Shown: piece by piece, positions 26,721 to 31,666 of the stretch | Numbering within the stretch: the stretch's first letter is position 1 | Layout of the letters: every line of letters begins with the position of its first letter | Source: a virus | Taxonomy: Duplodnaviria > Caudoviricetes | DNA length: 31,666 bases | Strand: one strand, 5' to 3' | IMG/VR virus record: IMGVR_UViG_3300032322_003129 | Span: 1 to 31,666 of that record | Notes under the pieces: generated by a model | What the model saw: the letters and a program-made list of their open reading frames with translations, nothing else | The model's database searches: none | Told to the model about the DNA's origin: nothing | Made by a program: the position numbers and the translations under genes

Positions 26721-27418
26721 TACTTATTCTTTAATTTTCTGTCTAATATCTTTGCTATATTACTTCCTATAAAAAAGTGAAAGTTCTTTAATGTGTCTGT
26801 TTCTATTGTTTCAATTTCATCCATAAATCTAAACTGAAATCTGAAAATATCTGGTTGTTCTTCATCTGAGTCTTTTTCTGATTCAACCTTTTGAATAGAT
26901 AATTCCATATCATAATTGTTATTAATATTTATTTTAAAATCAAAAGTAGTTTTATCACAGGATACTGTTTTGAATTTAGGTGAATACTCAACATCAAAAA
27001 TTGAGTAGTCTGTTATTTTTGCTCTACGCATATAGTAATTTAAAAACATTGAAGGTGCTTCTATAAAGTCTGAAAGTATCTGTAAGTCTTCACCAAAGTT
27101 GTTTGACTCTATTATATCCTCAATCTTAGTTTTCAAATCAACAATATTTTCGAATTCAATTTTATGATAAACACAATTTATGTCATATAAGTAGATAAAA
27201 GAGTTTTCAATTAGTTTTCTTTTATCGGTATCAACTTTGAATATAAATTTAGTGTGTATTATCGATATATCTTCAGCCGTCAGTCCTTGTATAGAAATGA
27301 TGAGTTTAAGAAAATCATCACCAGATTTCTCATAAACAGTATCAACTGAATTTACAAGACCCTCTTCTTCTGAGAATATCTCATTAAATACTGCTTCTAT
27401 TTCAGATATTTTTATCAT
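26720..27418 (-). CDS. hypothetical protein
   Basis: 232 aa, tightly packed in an operon. Confidence 0.75.
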   Translation of the reverse strand: MIKISEIEAVFNEIFSEEEGLVNSVDTVYEKSGDDFLKLIISIQGLTAEDISIIHTKFIFKVDTDKRKLIENSFIYLYDINCVYHKIEFENIVDLKTKIEDIIESNNFGEDLQILSDFIEAPSMFLNYYMRRAKITDYSIFDVEYSPKFKTVSCDKTTFDFKININNNYDMELSIQKVESEKDSDEEQPDIFRFQFRFMDEIETIETDTLKNFHFFIGSNIAKILDRKLKNK

Positions 27419-27419
27419 T

Positions 27420-28184
27420 TTACTTAAATTGTTTGTCGTAGTTATCTTTTTTCATTTTCATAACTTTACCAATATAACCATTTCTTCTTAAAAGTTTGAA
27501 AACTAAATTACCGACTGAAAATTCACCACTTTCACTTTCTAATCCACTTTTTCTATAATCTTTAATCTTTTTCCAGACTCTATCTATCTTCTCTATAAAA
27601 GATTCATATTTATCTTCATCTTTTTCTTCTTCTATGTCGTCTATTTTCACCATCAAAGACTTTGCTTTTTCTCTGATTAATTTCTCGTCCGGTTCGAATT
27701 CAACTTTTTCTGGTCTTTTTATCCACTTATTTTCCATAAGTGAAAAAACACCACCCATTCTACCACTTTTTATACCACTAGTCAAGTCATCACTATCTTG
27801 TATTGCTATCTCAACTTCATATCCTTTTATTTTGATATTATGTTGTTCATTCCAAACTTTTTTAGCATAATCCACTAACTTTTCAACAAGGTCATAATTT
27901 TCATCAACATCACTAAAATCTATAATTATATGTAAATCATAGTCAGAATATTTTTCTGACCAATTATAGTTACAAAGTGATCCACAAAGAGCTATATCTT
28001 TAACTTCAGCATTTAATTCTAATTTTTCATAAAAATCATCAGCTATCTTTAATAGAGACTCTCTTACTTCGCTATCAAGTTTATTATTTTTCCAGAGTTT
28101 CGGATTGAGTTCATCTTTAATATAAAAAGATTTGATTGGTTCAAAGTCTGCTTGTACAAATTCTAAGTATCTACTAAGTTTCAT
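27420..28184 (-). CDS. Pol-beta superfamily nucleotidyltransferase
   Basis: hGS motif (LCGSLCNYNW) followed by SDYDLH (DxD) and a third acidic residue in EVEI. Confidence 0.75.
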   Translation of the reverse strand: MKLSRYLEFVQADFEPIKSFYIKDELNPKLWKNNKLDSEVRESLLKIADDFYEKLELNAEVKDIALCGSLCNYNWSEKYSDYDLHIIIDFSDVDENYDLVEKLVDYAKKVWNEQHNIKIKGYEVEIAIQDSDDLTSGIKSGRMGGVFSLMENKWIKRPEKVEFEPDEKLIREKAKSLMVKIDDIEEEKDEDKYESFIEKIDRVWKKIKDYRKSGLESESGEFSVGNLVFKLLRRNGYIGKVMKMKKDNYDKQFK

Positions 28185-28208
28185 AAATGTATATATTAAA
28201 AACTCAAT

Positions 28209-28862
28209 TTAATTTATTGTGTCAAATTTTAAAACACATTTAGGTATCCAGCATTTTTTTCTATTAGGATTCCAATATTTTTCAGTTTTTGTTAAAATAT
28301 AGCTTTCTATATTTAAAATGATTTTTTCAGATGAGATATCAAATCTATCTCTCAACACCTCATACATTACCCTTGGCATGTTTTTTGTTCCTGGGTTAAA
28401 AAAACCAGTATGGAAAAAACATAAAATCCCTCCAGGTTTGAGTATTTTGTGAACATTTGTTAAAAAGTTCATATGTTCATCAGAGCTTTCAGCAGGAGAT
28501 GTGTCAAAATAAACACCATCAAATTTCGGAAGTTCATCAAAAAAACTTTGCCATCTACCCTCTAAAATATTTACTCTTTCTTGTTCAAACCAACCCTCAT
28601 TTTTCATTTTTTGAATAACGACTGGATGTGGTTCAATAATTGTATGTGATGATATATTATACTGCTCAATGAAACCATCTATTATACCCATACCGAATCC
28701 AACATTTAGTACGTCACCATCATTTTTGCAAATGATTTCTGCTGATTTTTTCATCATATCTGTTTCCCAATCCATCATAATTGGTGTCTCTCCGGTCTCA
28801 TCTAATAAACAATAATTATTATAGAAGATATTTTGATTAAGATAATTCTCCATATATCTCAA
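28209..28862 (-). CDS. class I SAM-dependent methyltransferase, RMT2 / guanidinoacetate N-methyltransferase-like
   Basis: MMDWET..M, VLNVGFGMGIID, HTIIEPHP, GRWQ, FDGVYFDT and LKPGG. Confidence 0.8.
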   Translation of the reverse strand: MRYMENYLNQNIFYNNYCLLDETGETPIMMDWETDMMKKSAEIICKNDGDVLNVGFGMGIIDGFIEQYNISSHTIIEPHPVVIQKMKNEGWFEQERVNILEGRWQSFFDELPKFDGVYFDTSPAESSDEHMNFLTNVHKILKPGGILCFFHTGFFNPGTKNMPRVMYEVLRDRFDISSEKIILNIESYILTKTEKYWNPNRKKCWIPKCVLKFDTIN

Positions 28863-29067
28863 ATATCATTTCTTCAACATCATTAAATGGACCTTTTCCG
28901 TCCACCGTTGTGTCGTCTGCTCTAAAAGAAACTATGGTCCCAGAGAATTCGATGTATAACTGCATTTCAGAAACAACTTCAAATCCTAACTCAAAATATT
29001 CATAAGAGAAGAATCTATCTTCTCCATTATAGTTCAAACCTCCTTCAATTTTTGTCATCTCTATCAT
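28837..29067 (-). CDS. hypothetical protein
   Basis: 76 aa acidic ORF in the operon. Confidence 0.6.
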   Translation of the reverse strand: MIEMTKIEGGLNYNGEDRFFSYEYFELGFEVVSEMQLYIEFSGTIVSFRADDTTVDGKGPFNDVEEMIFEIYGELS

Positions 29068-29068
29068 A

Positions 29069-29569
29069 TTACCATTCCCATATTTTTAAGTAATAACTTC
29101 TAACCGTAGAACCAGTGTTATTAAGTTGAGCAGTAACCATCAAAGTCCCGGTAACCGTCCAATTTATAGCAACATTTGATTTAGGAAAAGATCTAGTATC
29201 GGTGAATATATTATCTAGAGTAACTTCGGTGCCTTGTGCTAAACCAGTACCAGTTCCATTTGCTGTTCTGATGTAGATTCTTCTTTGATTACCAAAATAC
29301 GTAATTGATGACCCGCAAGTTCTACTAGATATTTGAATCGCTCCTGTTAAAGTAGGTGTTGTACCAGCAACCCAATAATATCTTACCGTAAAGTTGGCAG
29401 CGGTTCCAGTTCTATTAAGCATAGAATCTAAAAGTAACAAATCACCCGCTCTATATTTATTTGCTGGTATTGTAACAGAAGATAAAATTGTATTTACTGT
29501 AGTGCCGGTCACTGATTGAGTTCCAAAAGTGGTAATTTTATTTCTTCCTATGCTATTATAATCTATCAT
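29069..29569 (-). CDS. putative tail-fibre-associated beta protein, paralog 3
   Basis: Start reassigned to MIDYNS (ATGA overlap with the upstream gene). Shares motifs with the two upstream genes. Confidence 0.65.
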   Translation of the reverse strand: MIDYNSIGRNKITTFGTQSVTGTTVNTILSSVTIPANKYRAGDLLLLDSMLNRTGTAANFTVRYYWVAGTTPTLTGAIQISSRTCGSSITYFGNQRRIYIRTANGTGTGLAQGTEVTLDNIFTDTRSFPKSNVAINWTVTGTLMVTAQLNNTGSTVRSYYLKIWEW

Positions 29570-30072
29570 AATTCTAAACTTATATATAAACAATTTACTG
29601 AATCAACAAGGCTCAAGTTCTGAGTTGTCACAGTTGTAAAAAAATAACCATTAGTTGTAAGCCAATTTGTTACCGATAAGGTACTAAGAGTTAATGCCTG
29701 GTCACCATCAGATGAAGCAACTAGACTTAATGGATCTACAACTATCGCAGAACTCGGAGAAAGAAAACACATTCTTCTATTCCAAGAAACCATTCTGTTG
29801 GCGGCTGCTAGGGTATAAGTTCCTAAAAGAGTTGCTCCTGATGTCGAAAGAGAAGAATTCCAGTAAAATTTAAATGTTGCATCGTTGTTGGTTCCAGTTT
29901 TTGTCCAAGAAGTTCTTAGTCTAATCACATCACCGGTTTTTAATGTACCAGCTTTAACATAAATTTCATTTGCTATTACATCACCTGGGCTAACGGAAGC
30001 CAAACCTATACTCGCGCCAAGTGATGTTCTTGATGGAACTCTTAAATTTATGCCATTTATTCTTCTTATCAT
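29566..30072 (-). CDS. putative tail-fibre-associated beta protein, paralog 2
   Basis: 168 aa starting MIRRINGI, Thr/Ser-rich. Confidence 0.65.
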   Translation of the reverse strand: MIRRINGINLRVPSRTSLGASIGLASVSPGDVIANEIYVKAGTLKTGDVIRLRTSWTKTGTNNDATFKFYWNSSLSTSGATLLGTYTLAAANRMVSWNRRMCFLSPSSAIVVDPLSLVASSDGDQALTLSTLSVTNWLTTNGYFFTTVTTQNLSLVDSVNCLYISLEL

Positions 30073-30572
30073 AATGGTTCAATTATATCTAAATATACAT
30101 AAGGACAATTTATCACCTGGGCAGCGGAAGTAGTTTGACTAGTAATCACAATATACTGATTCTGGGTCCAATCAATTGACAAACTACTTATAGCAGTTGT
30201 ACCCGAAAGTTCACTATAATCTTGTGCTCTTGAGAGACTCACTGGAATCACTTGTGTATCATTAGTTAGACTTTGAATACTAAATCTTCTCTCAATCGGA
30301 GCTACAGTATGGGCGGTCATAGTAGATGTGTAAATACCAGCTAAAGTTCCAGATGTATTAACTGCTGTTCCTATCCTAATTCTTACTGAAAATGTTGCAG
30401 TGGTTGTTGTCTTTGTCAGTCTAGTTTGAACTCCGAAAAGGTCATATTGTTTAAATGTATTACCAGGAACAAAGACATGATTGACTACAGTTTCTGAAGT
30501 ACCACTATAGGTACTTCCAGTGCCATAAATATTTGGTGGATTGTATGATATACCATTAATTAGTCTTAACAT
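30069..30572 (-). CDS. putative tail-fibre-associated beta protein, paralog 1
   Basis: 167 aa starting MLRLINGI, with a late motif 4 nt upstream. Confidence 0.65.
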   Translation of the reverse strand: MLRLINGISYNPPNIYGTGSTYSGTSETVVNHVFVPGNTFKQYDLFGVQTRLTKTTTTATFSVRIRIGTAVNTSGTLAGIYTSTMTAHTVAPIERRFSIQSLTNDTQVIPVSLSRAQDYSELSGTTAISSLSIDWTQNQYIVITSQTTSAAQVINCPYVYLDIIEPL

Positions 30573-30590
30573 AGTTTATATATTCAAAAA

Positions 30591-31664
30591 TTATAGTTCT
30601 AACCATTCATTTGATGGATTAAAATATATTCTTGTATTTGTTGTTGTATCTACTACGTATCCTAAAAGTCTGACTACTTCTCCAGATGCAGTTGGGGCTG
30701 CTATAACTATATCACCATTTGTATCGGCAAGATAAATATTAGCACCAATGGCAACACCTGATGTTGGGAAAGATGAACTTCTAAAAAATCCTCTAATTAA
30801 CATACCATCTGTACCAGAATTAGAACCCATCGCTATTGCCAACATCCCAATTGACGATGTTGTTGCACTTGCATTTGACCAAGTCCAACCACCTGTACTT
30901 TGTAAGTAGTATAAATCACCAGCAATTGTAGTACTGCTTCCAATTCTAACGATGTCTCCATAACCAACACCTGATGCGTCTAGATCATTTCTCGGACTCG
31001 ACGAAAATCTATAATCACCAAAAATGTCTAAAGTTTTTGAAGGAAAAGTTGATGAGGAAAAAGTACCAATTCCGACGTTTCCTGAGTTATCTAAAATAAT
31101 TCTATCATTTGTGCCTAAAACTGCAGAAGAACCATAAGATATTTTGAACTTGTTGGAATCTATCTCATCTATACCCATAGCAATCGAGTTACCGGTTGTT
31201 TGTGCAATAAATCTAATAAATGGACTTTTTGATCCAGTATCTGTTAGTGTGATGTTAGGGGAACCGGAAGATACCTTGCGTAAAGCTAAAGTTGTACCAT
31301 CGAACTGCATATTTATCTCTCCATCGAGTGTGTTTGTAGTTCCAGTCATCGTGGCTACATAATTATCAACGTTGTTATTCAGTGTGACTGTGGCTGATGA
31401 GCCAGATGAACCAGAGGTTCCAGAAACACCACTCACTCCAGATGTTCCATTAATTCCAGATGAACCGGAGGTTCCACTTGTTCCAGAAGTTCCATTCGAT
31501 CCGGATGAACCGGATGAACCTGATATCCCACTACTTCCAGAATTACCGGATGATCCACTTGTTCCAGAAGTCCCAGAAGCACCACTAACACCTGATGAAC
31601 CAGATATACCAGAAGAACCGGACGTTCCAGAAGATCCACTTGTTCCAGACGACCCAGATGAACC
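30591..31664 (-). CDS. tail-fibre-like protein with Gly-X-Ser triplet repeat, 5'-truncated
   Basis: The frame stays open from the GTG at 31436 to the window edge. GNVGIGT fibre motif and a C-terminal beta domain. Confidence 0.75.
   Translation of the reverse strand, partial: GSSGSSGTSGSSGTSGSSGISGSSGVSGASGTSGTSGSSGNSGSSGISGSSGSSGSNGTSGTSGTSGSSGINGTSGVSGVSGTSGSSGSSATVTLNNNVDNYVATMTGTTNTLDGEINMQFDGTTLALRKVSSGSPNITLTDTGSKSPFIRFIAQTTGNSIAMGIDEIDSNKFKISYGSSAVLGTNDRIILDNSGNVGIGTFSSSTFPSKTLDIFGDYRFSSSPRNDLDASGVGYGDIVRIGSSTTIAGDLYYLQSTGGWTWSNASATTSSIGMLAIAMGSNSGTDGMLIRGFFRSSSFPTSGVAIGANIYLADTNGDIVIAAPTASGEVVRLLGYVVDTTTNTRIYFNPSNEWLEL
31395..31664 (-). repeat. at least 30 uninterrupted Gly-X-(Ser/Asn) triplets
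   Basis: GSSGSSGTSGSSGTSGSSGIS... read directly from the minus strand. Confidence 0.9.
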
Positions 31665-31666
31665 GC

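Noticed and set aside
1-31666. Stop-codon reassignment as in some megaphages
   Set aside because: Core genes are full length under the standard code, and TAA, TAG and TGA all end genes at sensible positions.

Overview
AT-rich segment of a large T4-like (jumbo/mega-type) myovirus genome, read in the standard genetic code. The host is probably in Bacteroidota: there are two exact TTTG-N19-TAnnTTTG promoters and no obvious Shine-Dalgarno sites. The window holds virion and late genes: gp25-, gp15-, gp4- and gp2-like genes, portal, a prohead protease-scaffold fusion, major capsid protein and tail-fibre-like genes. It also has a clamp loader, a gp55-like late sigma factor and accessory genes (type II glutamine synthetase, RNase R, stand-alone NFACT-R, M28 peptidase, DNA adenine methylase, LAGLIDADG endonuclease, NADAR, nucleotidyltransferase, RMT2-like methyltransferase). 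The ORF-free gap at about 25.6-26.0 kb is an unusual one-piece tmRNA with a GGCAGUA T-loop and a predicted 29-residue tag. With RNase R and NFACT-R it suggests a phage-encoded ribosome-rescue kit. Other signals are an ATATATA late-promoter motif at 19 sites (many implying leaderless mRNAs), fixed-spacing upstream elements, and a shared N-terminal leader resembling the T4 capsid-targeting sequence on several unrelated proteins. All family calls come from motif recognition by eye, not database searches.
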